Shown piece by piece: positions 12,474 to 25,028 of a stretch of DNA of 64,000 nt (position 1 is the first letter of the stretch; the number at the start of each line of letters is the position of its first letter). The stretch spans positions 13,890,001-13,954,000 of the forward strand of contig CM052832.1 in NCBI GenBank assembly GCA_028534125.1, given 5' to 3'. This DNA comes from Lama glama (taxonomy: Eukaryota). The notes below the pieces were generated by a model. The model saw only the letters and a list, made by a program, of their open reading frames with translations. It ran no database searches and was not told the origin of the DNA. The translations under genes were made by a program, and so were the position numbers.

Positions 12474-12566
12474 AGGAAGGAAGGAAGAAAAGAAAAGAAA
12501 AGAAAAGAAAAGAAAAGAAAAGAAAAGAAAAGAAAAGAAAAGAAAAGAAAAGAAAAAAAGAAGGAA
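12334..12566. repeat. Compound (GAAA)n/(GGAA)n/(GAAAA)n purine tract
   Basis: About 230 nt almost purely A/G on the + strand. Confidence 0.95.
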
Positions 12567-13937
12567 GCAGAGCAGCAGATGGCTGAGCAAGAGGATGGAA
12601 GGAAGTGGGGGCCATGGACAATCACCCAGCAGAGCCTCCATCCAGATTTCCCCCGGCTACCTGGTTAGAGAGAAATCATCCACTTGCTTAAGCCATCATG
12701 AGAGTAGGTTTTCGCTTCTGCAGCTCTCAAGTTGTATCCTAAAGAACATGGATGGTTTGGATTTGGAAAGGATCTTATTCTTTACCCATAAGGAAACAAT
12801 TAAGCAAATATGGTCCACATATATAATAAAATTAGGCAGTCATTACTGTTCTAAAAAATACTTCGGTGACATGAGGGAAATATTGAGATATAAAGATATA
12901 GAAGAAAAAGCAATTTCTGATTTCTCAGTGAGAAAAAGGATCTCTGAGTTACACAGTTGTTATGTCAAACGAGGATTGGCGAGGGCTCCAAGGCAAGGTG
13001 ACCCCCAGGGAAGAGTGAACTGGAAGTGAGGTGGAGTCTCAGCGTTGCAGTCTGACCCACGGGAGTGAGTCCAGACATCAGAGCTGAGGCCTGGCATCTT
13101 CATTAGGATCTGGCCAGAAAAGGGGGTGGCGTTCTGAGTCCTGACTGTGTTGGTGGTCTCATGGCTGTGGGGACACCACGTAAAACCTGTACCCACCTCC
13201 ATGGGAATATTTCCTGGAAGCTGACTCCACTCTTGCACCCCTGCAGGTAACCCAGGCTAAGTCAGTCAGCGAATTCCACTGCAATGATTGGTTCAGCATT
13301 GAGTGTGCAGACTAAGCAAATCCAATCAGAATCTATCTTAGGATGTTTGCTAAGAATTGAGACTGAGATGTTTATATATGTTATATACGGTTCATATATG
13401 TGAGGTGGATTTGTGGTCAAGAGCCTGCCCTCTAAAGCAAGACAGCCTGGGTTCAAATCCCAGCCCCACCCCTACTCTGAATCCTTGGCATGGGTGCTTT
13501 AAGGCTCAACACCTTATTTGTAAAATAAGAATAATTATAGTACCTATTATCAATTTGTTGTGACAATAAGATGAGTTAATACAGATAAGAAAGTACTTTG
13601 CACAGTGTCTGGAACATAGTAAGTGCTCAATAAATCCTAGCTGTTATTATTAGGTGACACCTGGAACTTCTGCAGCTACTGGGAAGGAATCCAGCCTGAG
13701 GGCTGTGGAGCTACTGGATTCAGCCAGACCTGAGGTCTCCCGGTTCCTGGACTTCCAGTTCTGACCACCAATGAATTCCCTCATCATCTAGACCAGTTTG
13801 GGTTGGCTTTTTGGATACTTGCAGCAGAAAGAGTCCTCAGAGACACCCTCACCATATGACCTTGGGCAAGTCTCTGGGCCTCAGTTTCTTCTTCCATAAA
13901 ATGGAAATGATAATATCTGAGCTTATGGAGATATCAG

Positions 13938-14558
13938 TGTTGCTGGAGATTAGGTTCTTGTCTCATCACAGAAAGAATTCAGAGATGAGACACAGAGGTC
14001 AAGAAAGTAAAGAGAGGATTTATTAAGTGATAAATAATACACTTTCAAGGGGAGAGCAGGCCGACTCAGGCAAACAGCTGTGCTGTTTCTTTGGCAATCT
14101 GGTTACATAGGGTGTAAAAATAAATGGGTGGAATATTCATTAGAGAGGGAGGGGTTTGGGGTCATGTTCCCTGATTTCCATCCCAGCTCCACCTTCCTGA
14201 GGGGAGGAGGAATTTTTGTCCTTATTTAATCTTTTTTTTGTTGTTGTTCTTATTTAGTCTTGATCGGAAGTGTCATCGCGTTGGAGCATGATTGGTGCTT
14301 CTTATCTTCAAGGCTAATTTTATTGTAATGAGGGCATAATTAGCAAAAGGTTATATTCGAATGAGGGAGATTCCTGCCTTTTCCCATCTTTCTTTGCCTA
14401 CCTCCAGGACACCTGTCACCCCAAAATGTGTGATTTCTTATCGGTCTGGAGGTTCCAGCTTTTCTCTGCCCAAGGACCCCTGTTCACAAGATGTATGGTT
14501 TCCTGCCATTTGGCTCCCCCTTTCTCTGCTCATATCTAGCTACCTGCCTGCTATAACA
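13938..14558 (-). mobile_element. Solo ERV LTR (probably ERV1 class)
   Basis: TG...CA termini, 4-bp near-TSD tcag/tcaa, minus-strand AATAAA at 14019-14024. Confidence 0.75.
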
Positions 14559-15432
14559 TCAATGCACCAATGCATCAATGCATCAGTGCACCTTTCTCAC
14601 CACAGGTAGGAACATTTTTGCATTTATACTTCACACACATTCTCATAAACACCCTCTCAGTGACCTCCACCCCTTACTCCCCTTGAAAGGCATTCAGATA
14701 ACTGCTCTCGGTCCTCCTACACACATCCATTCATGGGCAGCCCAACATACTCTCTCCAGGCACATTCCTCAACCCTGCCCCTCCACACAGCCCTGGGACC
14801 TAAGACTTGGCTCTTCCTGGACCAGCCTCCTCTCACGACCCAATCCATACACACACACACCCTACTCCCTTCCTGCAGGTCTGCCCTTGGGCCACTAAGC
14901 CTCCAGACAGAACCAAACCCCATGGGAAGCTCTATCGTGCCTCTAGTCTCCCCTTTCAGCTGCTGAAAGACTGGAACAATCTTTACCAAGTCCCTTCTCC
15001 CAGGAAGTGCAGACAAAGTCCAGAGCCAGGAAGTGACTTTAATGTCTTTTGAGCAGGAGGGGACCCCACCCCCTGAGGCCTCTGGTTCCAAGGCAGGGAG
15101 GAAGGGGTGGCAGTGACCAGTTTGCATCCTCCTCTAAATCAAATGGCATCGGCAGGCACAGCCTGAGTCCTTGGATGTGCAACTCAAGCCTCTCTGGCAA
15201 GGGCATATGATGTTGATGGTTCCCCTGGTCTGCAAAAAATGGGTCAGAGTTGAGAGTCAGTCACCAAGGTGCAGGGAAGAAGGGGGCTTAAACTTCTCAG
15301 GGCACAGGAACAAGAGCACAAGTGATGGCGTGGGATGGACTTGAGGTCTGTCAGTTCTACAGCTTACAACTTCATGGCCTTAGGCAAGTTAATGAGCTTC
15401 TTTGTCTCAGTTTCTGTTGAATGGGGGTAATA

Positions 15433-15435
<3 letters not shown>

Positions 15436-15493
<58 letters not shown>

Positions 15494-15497
15494 TATA
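15436..15497. repeat. (TA)n microsatellite
   Basis: Long TA run in CLPSL2 intron 2. Confidence 0.95.
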
Positions 15498-15924
15498 AAA
15501 TATTAATCCCATTAGTTATTGTGAGGATTAAACAGAATAAAGTAGATCAAGTGCCCATAATGAAAAGATCTTCTGGCCACTTCAGCTGTAGAGTCAGGCC
15601 ACAGGAGGGGCCTGGCTGTTTCCCTAAGCATTGGCAGCTCCCCAGATAGGGACAGAGAGGCTAAGCCCATCCTCCCCAGAGGTTTGGGACCAGGGCCAGA
15701 GGAGAAAAGACAAGCAAGAACAAGATGTACTGTGCATTCTGCTCCCTGCATTTCCACCAGCTAATAACAACCATGCTCCATTGAGCACTGTCATTGTCAG
15801 GACCAGGACCACGTACTCTTCCTGACAACCTGGTGAAGGGGGGTGCTTTAGCTCTATTTTGCAGATGAGGAAACTAAGAGCAGAAGTGATCTGTCTGAGA
15901 TCAGAAAGACAGAGGGTGGAGTGG

Positions 15925-16025
15925 CATGGGTACAGCTCAGTGGTAGAGTGCATGCCTAGCAGGTGCAAGGTCCTGGGTTCAATCCTCAGTACCTCTATTT
16001 ATAAAAAGAAAAACAAAACAAGACA
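15925..16025 (+). mobile_element. tRNA-derived SINE (camelid Vic-1-like)
   Basis: Box A agctcagtggtagag, box B ggttcaatcc, A-rich tail. Confidence 0.85.
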
Positions 16026-18177
16026 AGGAAAACAATGGAGTGTGGAAAAGCCAGGGTTGACACTCAGGTCCAGCCCCAAAGCTGTGATCCTGCCACTGCA
16101 GCACCATGCTCCTCTCAAGAGATCGACTTGTTGTTGCAGGGAGTCGGGGATTGATCAGGAGGTCTTCCCCACCTGCTTTGCTGCAGTGATGCTAAGGGAG
16201 AGCTATTCATTCATTTGACAGATCTTTGTTAAGCACCTACTCTGGGGCAGCACTAAGCTGGGAGGTAGGGGGCCGAAGCAGACAGAAAGCAGTGCAAATC
16301 AGGGAGATTCATGATCTGCTGAAGATATGAGCCAAGGAGTGAAAGCTTCTCAGAGGTGGCTGCAATTGTACTGCAGGACCAGTAGGAATTTGACAGAGGA
16401 GCGGGGAAGGGCACTACAAGCAAAGGGTGAAAAAAGCGGGTGCAGCCATGTGAGGTTTTTAAACCTTCCCCACCCTACATACCGGAAGGGGCTGCCCCGC
16501 CCCTCCTGGGGCAAGCACATCATGGCTACTCTGGCCTTAGGGGCACAGAAGGCACCTCCATGATTCAAGCTGATGGGGCAGCAGTCACTGAAGCACTCAG
16601 AGTGATGGAAGCACCTAGCTCCAGTCGTCTGTGGGGACAACCCCTGAGTCACCAGCTCTCTGGCAATGGGGGAAGGTGGAGGAGGGTCCCTGAGATGGTC
16701 ACCCCCAGATCCTACCCCCATTGTACCCCCCAGCAGCACTCAGAGGAGCAGGAGTGAGAAAGGGTAGGGATTTAGTACTTTTCCCTCTGCCTCTCCTTTC
16801 CTGGGCACCCCCTTACCTCTGTAGGCCCCAAACGGTGTCCTGTATTGGGGGAGCAATTATTCCCCAATCACACTTTAATTGGGGGGGGGGTAGAGAATGA
16901 GGTGGAAAGAAAGATGGGGAAGGAAAGAGTCGTTGTGCCTAGAAGGGCAGGGAGAGGGTCTAAGACGCTGGTGGGGGTGGGGACTGAGATGCTGGGAGAG
17001 GGTGCAGGGTTGGGGGAGGGCAGGGATGTTGCAGGTTATGCGCCACCTTCTTTCACCTCCAGAGCCACCAGGGAGGTGAAGCAGGGCTTTGAAGTCGTTT
17101 TGGGAACACATCAAGCTTTCAGCCTGAGAAGAAATCTCGTTTGGGGTGGTTCCCCCAACCCCCCACTTCTCTCTCCAAACCCAGCTGGCACCTTCTGGCT
17201 AAACTATGACGCCTCGGCTACCACCTTCTGCTAGAGTGTAAGATTCCAAATGCTCTCTTGGCTCACCTTCGTAAACCCCTTTTTAAAGGGCGGGAAACGT
17301 GCCCTAGCAGAGGAGCAGGATTCCCACGAGGAGCCTGGCCGTGGGCTTGGGCGTCACAGGTCCGGTGGGCTCTGAGAGGCTGCGAGTATAAAGCCCTTCG
17401 TTGCCATGTGATCCGGCGCCCCCAAAGCTGGGGGTGGAGGGTCAAGAAGTTAATGGTCACAGGCTGCTCTGCAGCAGAGGCCAAACCGTGACCTCAGCTC
17501 CGGGGCCCCGGGAAAGGATGGGATAAGGAAAGGTGTTCTCGTGAGACCCTATTTGAAGCTTGGACAGGCCAGACGCTAGATTTTAGGGGCCCTAGGGGCT
17601 TCAATAGGTACTACTTCCAAATAAAAACTTTAAACTGTAAAATAAAACTTTATTTTTAAAAATTAGTGGAAGTTTACATGCTGAAATGAAAAGAGTTTCC
17701 TTCTTGATATTCTGATGTTCTCTCTGCCCTGGCTGCACCAAACTGCCCCACCCCAACCCTTGTCTTTAGGACCAGCCAGCCTCGACCTCTAGTGCTTCTC
17801 ATGCCATCTCCAGGCCCGGACTTGCATCTGTAAGTATCAGGAAGGAAGACAAGATGGCCTCTAAGTCTTCCAGTTCTAACGAGCTGATTAATTGTCTAAG
17901 AATTTGTCTGTGAATTGCATGGATTTCACCCATCTTGGTGTAGGGGTTAAGATTCAGAGAAGAGGGGAAGACTCAGAAGGAAGAGGATGGTTGAGGGAGG
18001 GCTGTGGGTCGCAATCAGTGGAAAGAGGGGGAGGCAGGTCTCCCTCACCATCTCCCTCTGGATGAAACTCCCACCTCATTCTGCCCTAGCCTGCTTCTGC
18101 TTTTAAAATTTTGCTCTTAAGAGAAGATCTGAGGAGCCCTGTCTTGAGCGGGAGTTGGGGGAGTAGGGGCTGAAGGG

Positions 18178-18538
18178 TGCTATAGACTGAACTGTGCCCC
18201 TTGTTCATATGTTGGAGCCCTGTCCCCCAGTGTGATGACATTTGGAGATGGGGCCTTTGGGAAGTAACAGGTTTAGATGAGGTCATGAGGGTCCCCTCAT
18301 GATGGGATTAGTGTCCTCATAAGAAGGGACACCAGAGAGCTGTGTCTTTCTCTCTGCCAGGGAGGACACTGTTCGAAGGTGGCTGTCTGTAAGCCAGGAA
18401 GAGGGCTCTCACTGGCGCTGGGCCATGCTAACACCCTCATCTCTGATATCCAGCCTCCAAAATCATGAGAAATAAATGTCTGTTGTTTAGGTTACCCAGT
18501 TTATGGTGTTTTGTTATGGCAACGCAAGCTGACTAATA
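18178..18538 (+). mobile_element. ERVL-MaLR (MLT1A/MST-like) solo LTR
   Basis: tgctatagactgaa...tttggagatggggcctttgg...ccagcctccaaaatcatgagaaataaatgtctgttgttt...gctgactaata. Confidence 0.85.
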
Positions 18539-21500
18539 GGGGACTCATATCTTTTCTCTAAGGATAACAGCCCTCACTGTACCCAGAGGCTTTTGTGCCA
18601 ATGACCTCTGTTGGCCCTCCCTGTATTAGGGTAGTTAATGCGGGCTGTCACAACAGAGAACTCTCGAACTTTCGGTGGCTGGGCACAATGTTTTATCAGT
18701 CATGTAAATTTTGGTATGGGACAAGAGACCTTTCTTCAGTCTTGTAGACACACCATCTGGAAGACTGTGCTCCGAGGTCATTGTGGAAGATGGAGGAGAG
18801 GGGTGGAGGAAGCACATGGACACCTAACTGCCTCGGCCAGGTGTGACACAGGCCTCTTCCACTTACGGACATTGTCCACAACTAGTCACACGACCTCAGC
18901 CTTCTGCAAGGGAGCCTGGGAGGTTCAAGTCCTAGAATATTTAGCGTCTACTATGGTTTCTGCTCCCCATTTTATCCCCATTTTTACAGATGAGGGACCC
19001 GAAGGCTCAAGGTAAAATAACTTGCCCAAATAACACAATTAAGTCTCAGAGCCAGATATAAATCCAGGGCATTCTACCTACTAAGCCCAAACTCTTCCCA
19101 CTACTCTGCACTGCTGTGGGTGGCTGAAGGCTTTGTCCCCTAAAGTGATTTCTGTCATCATTAGTCACCCATCCATGAATCTCACTGTGAACTGGAGAGG
19201 GGCTCCAGGGACAAAATGTCTGAAAGTGGCACAGGTTATCTGAATGAGGTAGGTTTCTACTTCCTGTCTGAGAACGTTTCCATTTTTACAGTTGCAGATC
19301 ACTTTGAATATCAACCTATGCTTTTTATCTCTGTGTTTCTCTTTCATATGGATTTAACATGTTCTTTTAAAAATCATGTTTCCAATATTCAGGGTGTCTC
19401 CTTCCTCCGGGATTTAGTGGGAAAGCCCCACGGTCCACAACTTTCCCCTTACCGACCACATGGCACCTACACACCCACCCTGGTCCACTCTGGAAGGTGA
19501 GCCTCCACTCACCTACTCCTGTGTTACTGTCTGCTAGCAACAATCAAAAAAGAATGTTCACTCTGCTCTGTGCCATCATCAGTCTTTGCTGAATGAATGC
19601 CCGGGGTCCAGGAGGTGCTGATACAGAGTTCTGTCCTCTTTCAGTCACTGGTAGCTTGAATTTGTTTTTCTTCTAGTCTTGCATAGTAATCCTAGTTGCC
19701 CTCTCTAAAAACAGTTGCTTCACAGACAGATGATCAGTGCCATTTGTGGAAACCAAGGCAAGAGACAGTCCTGGGAAAGAGGGGCAGATAGCAGAGTTCA
19801 CCTGCCCTTTCTGAGTCCTGTGATGGACCAGACTCACTCCCTTCCCTGGTACCCAGCTCTGTGCTCATCTGCCAGCTCCTATTTAAGAGACTATGAAAAG
19901 AGCACTCAAAGCTTGATGAATATTTGTCTAATAAATTATAAAACAGATAAATCACTAACAGTGGAATTTCATTTATCAAGACAGGGATGTAGGATATACA
20001 AATAGGTTCAGCTGCAGTAAAAGAAACCACAGAACAAACGGCTTCATATGAGATAGAAGTTTATTTCCCTTTCACATAACATTCCAAGCGTATGCAGTCC
20101 AGGGCTGATATGGGATCTCCACAGTCTGAATGGTGCAGGCTGCTTTAATTTCTTTGCTCTGGCGTCTACAAGCATTGCCTTCATCAGCATGATTCAAGAT
20201 TGCCTTGTAACCTGTTCATATTTCAGGCAGTGGAATGAGGGATGTAGGGGAGGGGCTTGACTTTGCTTTAAAGACTCTTCCATTCTATTGGCCAGTCATA
20301 GTCACATGACTAAGCCTAGCTGCAAGAAAAGCTGGGAAACGTAGTTTCTATTCTAGGCAGCTATGTCCCCAGATAAAAAGCAGCACAGTCTGGTGGTCTA
20401 AAGCGTGTGTGTGTGTGCACGCACCGGGGGTATACTTTCTTCTTTTAATTTTAATTTTTTAAATTGAAGTATAGTTGATTTACAATGTTTTGTTAGTTTC
20501 AGGTGTACAGCAAAGTGATTTTTATATATATATAAAATATATATATATATAAATATATATATATATATTTTAATATATATATATATATAAATATATATAT
20601 ATTCTTTTTCAGATTCTTTTCCATTATAGGTTATTACAAGGTATTGGGGTTATGCTTTCTAATTCTGCAAGTTACACTCCCATGTGTGCCCAAGAGTCCT
20701 GTCTCTAATCTTCCTAACCATGCAATCTCCATTCCACGTCCTTTCTGTCTCCTGGACTCACATTGGATTCTAGCACTTCCCAGAATGCAAGAACCCAGGG
20801 TGATATGATAATGGAGAGTCCCTACAGTGAGGATTCATTTCCCTTTGTCATTCTTTGTCAGTCCAGACTGACAGGGCTGGGCCAGGCACAGTGGCCCATG
20901 ATTTGTGTCCCTTGGAAACAACAAAACTTCGCCAGCCACATGCCCAGAGAATTTCAGCGGGGCTCAGCCGTTAACCTTGCTGGTTTCCAGCCTTAGGAGA
21001 CAGGATCTATTACACAGTGCCTTCTCCCTTGCTTTCCAGTGATGTGACCTGGGGTACCTCCAGTCTCAGGGAATTTTCCCTGAGGTTCCATCCAGGGGTC
21101 AAATCTTGGGAATCAATTCACTCCCTTGGAAGGAGGTGAGGTTCTCACACTTGCTCTGGCAGCCTGGACCTTCTGGTGCTCGCTATAGAACACCAGGAAA
21201 CAGCCAGAGATGGAATCCAAGTTCATGAACTCAGCTCTCTTTCTCTGCCTTCCTTCCCACTTTTTACTCCATTGTATGTATCTAGGTCACTGCATCTCAA
21301 ACAATAACACATAAACTATTTAAAGAAATCACATTTCTATGTTTTTCTATTGCTATTTGTTTGTCCCCTTGCTCATTCATTTTGAAATCTGTTCCTCATC
21401 AGCAGACAAGCTGTAGCAGGTGCCAGATGTTTAGGGGGAAAATTTCCATTCACTTAACTTCTTTCTCTCACTTAAAGAAAGCTAAGCATTCCTTCATGTT

Positions 21501-22343
21501 GGCTGTGGAACTCCTTTGCCCAGCTCAGGGAAAGAGGTGTTCTAATGTGGCAATGACTGAGAATCTCTGAGGTCATGAGAGGGTTTAGAGGAAGGGAAAA
21601 TAGTTGAGAGGAGAGGGGGAGCCTTCCAGGGTGGGGTTGTGATTCATCCTTTGATTCAGTGGAAGAAGGTGTCTTGGAGGCGGAAAGCTCTCCCCACCCA
21701 CTTCTTGTTTCTCTCAAAGAAAACCATGCTGTGTTCCAGGCCATTCGAATGGCCATAGTTACTTGTGGGCAGGGTCACAGGTATTAAAGGTCCCACACTT
21801 GAGTGTAGTGTTGGGGATTTTTGTTCCTGTCCTTGAGTGGAAGAACTGACTCGGTGGCTAGACCCTTGGAAGAGTCACCTGTTGTATTAGCTAACTATTG
21901 TTGTGTAATGAATTACCCCAAAGCTCAGTGGCTCAACACATCACATATTACTTCATAGGTTGTGTGTGTCGGGAATCCAGTCACAGCTTAGCTGGGTCCT
22001 CTGGCTTAGCTGAGTCACAGGCTGCAATCGAGGTGTCAGCTGGGGCTGCGGTCACCTTCAGGCTCAACTGGGGGTGGATCTGCTTCCAGGTTTACTCAGG
22101 TGGTGGTTGGCAGATTTCAGTTCCTCACAGGCTGTTGGACTGACAACCTCAGTTCTTCACAGGCCATTGGCTTGAGTCCTCCCCAGTTTCCTTGTCGCAT
22201 AGGCCTCTCCACAGGACAGCTCACAACATGTCCACTGGCTTCATCAGCACAAGCAAGTGAAAGAAAAGGGAGAATGGAAGCAAGATGGAAGTCACAGTGT
22301 TTTGTAATCTAGCCTTTAAAGTAACTCTCCCTAACTTGACCAT

Positions 22344-22930
22344 TGTATGGTCAGGCCACCCAGGATGGCTGTTCTCTTGCTCTTTGTACATTCCCTACTC
22401 AACCAGTCCTTGCTTCACCTACCCCCTCCTCACATGAACGTGTCTGCCCCCTGCCCCAGCTGGTGATGGTTCCAGTCTTTCAGCCAGAACATCTCCACCT
22501 GCTAGTTTTTTTTTTTTTTTAACAGAGGTACTGGGGATTGAATCCAGGACCTCATGCATGCTAAGCACTCACCCTACCACCAAGCTGTACCCTTCCCACC
22601 TCCACTTGCTAGTTTTTTAAGGGAAGCATCTGCCTTCCTGATAGTTGTTAATCTGGGGGGGCTGTAAGGGACGTGCCCCAGCTGCTGGTTTCCCTGGTAA
22701 CTGATGAGCCAACATGACATCAATCCCCTTATAAATGGTAACCTCCTTCACTGAGTAGTGGAGATGGCTGCCGTGTCCTGCCTGCTGTCTGCCAAACACT
22801 GTGGGGGGTTGCTCCAGGACCTTTTGTTTCAACTTGTAAGATCCCCTATCTCTCTGTCACTGTCTCAGGCTTTTCGATCTCAAGGCTGGGCAATTACAAG
22901 GTTTGCAAGCCTGCAAGGTGCAGCCCAACA
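22344..22930 (+). mobile_element. Solo ERVL-type LTR, same family as the LTR at 34753
   Basis: TG...CA ends, 5-bp near-TSD accat/gccat, shared blocks with 34753-35189 (ggtcaggcca..gatggct.ttctcttgctct, gctgctggtttccctggta, gcagcccaaca). Confidence 0.85.
22506..22599 (-). mobile_element. tRNA-derived SINE (Vic-1-like) nested in LTR
   Basis: Poly-T then gaggtactggggattgaatccagg...; TSD ctccacYtgctagttttt on both sides. Confidence 0.9.
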
Positions 22931-23817
22931 GCCATATTCTATTGGTTAGAAGCAAGTCACTGGATATGGTTCACATTCAAGGGGACCAGTTACACAAGGG
23001 CATACTTAGGAAGTGGGGATCCCTGGGGTCATTTTAGAAGGCTATCTACCACATTTGCCATCTATGATTATTGGAGATGGATAAAAGTTGTATTTGCTGA
23101 TGATAAAAGGATTCCTATTTTGTAAAAAATAAATCAATCTCTCTTCTCTCTCTTCCGCCTTTTCTCTTTGTTTCTTTGCTCATAAGGCCAGTCTAGAGAT
23201 CTTACTGGTCTGAGCTCAGAGAGCAATTGGTGGTAATGTGAGTTTAGAGAGAAGGAGAGGCTCTGCTTTAAGTCATAAGACAAAGCCAGAGACTCCAGCC
23301 TCGTTTGCTCCAGAACCCTATGTTGGGGTCCTGTTGGAAGCAGATCCGTGTGGCTTGGTGTTCTCTGTCTCTAACATCTCTCCTTCAGGAAATCAGTTAC
23401 AGGAGTAACTGGCAGTCTGCCTGGCCAAAGACCATCTACCAGCACCCTAGCCCCTCCCGTAACCCTGTCAGAGGGAAACTCTGATTGGTTTCCCTTTTGG
23501 TAAAGTTCAGGTAGTTTCCCATCCTGGAAATCTCTTCCCTCTCTCAAGATCTAATTCAAACCCATCTCTTCAATGAAGCCTTCTTAGAATCAAATAAAAA
23601 GCTGGAAAGAGATGTTTCTTTGGAAGTATAATTGTCTGAAGGTAAAAGAAGTCTGCAGGTAAGGAAACAAGCTAACCAGCTGGAAGGAAGCCTGAGGGAA
23701 GGGATCAGGTGGCAACTATTGGTTATAAACTTTCTCTTCTTGGCCCAGAACCTCTCTAAGGGGAAGACAGATGGCATAGCTGCTGAGCACACATTAATCC
23801 TTGTTGATTGATGCCAC

Positions 23818-24270
23818 CTGTGGTTTTTAAACATTCACAAATTCTTTGACAGGCTTCTCTTGTAAAGGTAGAGCCTCACTTCCCTTGCCTGGAATGTGGG
23901 CTGGACTTAATGACTCACTTCTAACAAATGTGGTGGAAGTGATAATGTATGACTCCTGAAGTTAGGTCAGAAAAGGCAAAGCAGCTTCTGCCCTGCTCTC
24001 TCTCTGGGAGGATTCACTCTAGGAGAAGCCGCCTGCTTCGTCATGAGGACGCTCAAGCATCCTCATGGAGATACCCGTATATACAGAAACTGAGGCCTCC
24101 TGCCAACTGCCAGCACCAACTTGCCAGCCACACAAGTGAGCCACCTTGGAAGTGATCCTGCAGCCCCAGTCAAGTCTTCAGATGACTGCAGCCCTGGCCA
24201 ATATAGCTTAACCGCAAGCACAGCTTGACTGAACCAGAACCACCAAGCCAAGGTGCTTCCAAATTCCTAA
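23818..24270 (+). mobile_element. MLT1-type MaLR LTR fragment
   Basis: cacaaattctttgac...gagccaccttggaagtgatcct...cagccccagtcaagtcttcagatgactgcagccc. Confidence 0.7.
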
Positions 24271-24279
24271 GAGAGGCAA

Positions 24280-25028
24280 CCCAGGCTTACTGATCCTCTA
24301 AATTGGTAAGAGGAAGGGAGCTGGAGAGAGATTGCAGGAGAAGGCTTTTGCTTCCTGGTTCTTGTGTGCTCGATTGGCAGGCTTCTGCAGTGCAGACAGC
24401 TTCACCCGTGCCCAGTTCCTGGAATGGCCAGCAACACCCTGTGTCTAACAGATCCTCCTGGCACTACACACTGGGCAATAGTGTCAGCAGAGTGCCTCCA
24501 CTTCTTGCAGCTTTTGCAGTTTCTCCAGCACCTGCTGTGCATGTGGCTTCCCCAGCATGAAGCCCCTGCAGCACTCACAGCTTTTCCAGCACCGGGAGCC
24601 TGCGGTCCAGGGAGACTACTGTACCCAGCCCAGGCAGTTCTGTAGTGGAGTTGCTTTGGTTTGACACCTTCCTGTGAAGAGCTTTCCCTGGCATCTAGGA
24701 GGGCGGATTTCTGCCAGTTACATTGGCATGACACCACAGTGACTTTTCTGCCCTCTGGTGAGCCACAGGCTGTGTTCTCTTCAACAAAGTCTGGATTTCA
24801 GCCGTGGGTTAGGAGGTGGGTATCTCTTCATTGGGTGTTCCATCTCAGCCTCAGTCCTGCTCAGGCTGCGTCTATGTCTGCCACTTATGTACCCTTTAGA
24901 GTTCTCTTTACTCATTACTAACCAATTCTTTGTTACTCCAATTCCCAGTTATAACAAATAATTATTTTAAAATTTCCCTGTTCAAATTACTGTGTGGTTT
25001 CTCTCCTGATTGGGCCCAGACCGATACA
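24280..25028 (+). mobile_element. Ancient ERVL-class LTR
   Basis: 3' end ...ttccctgttcaaattactgtgtggtttctctcctgattgggcccagaccgataca is typical; 5' boundary approximate. Confidence 0.55.

Larger units (their letters stand above)
15134..17342 (-). pseudogene. CLPSL2: Colipase-like protein 2, disabled (exon remnants ~17342-17267, 16628-16506, 15229-15134)
   Basis: Exon 2 TTGARCFHHSECFSDCCPISLNHGGAFCAPKARVAMMCLPQ and exon 3 TRGTINIICPCQRGLSCTSKDSGCACRCHLI* resemble CLPSL2. Exon 1 has no ATG, an in-frame TAG (17304-17306) and a frame mismatch. Exon 2 donor reads CAG|GA, not GT. TTTATA at 17387-17392 and ATTAAA at 15038-15043 on the minus strand. Confidence 0.85.
21884..23052 (-). mobile_element. 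Old MLT1-type MaLR LTR interrupted by a younger LTR
   Basis: tgtattag...attaccccaaagctcagtggctc start; resumes after 22930 with ccatattctattggttagaagcaagtcac. Confidence 0.65.

Noticed and set aside
12310..13029. 239-aa K/E/R-rich ORF and overlapping F/S/L-rich antisense ORFs
   Set aside because: Produced by the stop-free (GAAA)n tract; no gene structure.
16350..16739. 129-aa ORF as a single-exon intact CLPSL2
   Set aside because: Read-through of exon 2 into flanking introns; lacks a signal peptide and the exon-3 cysteines.
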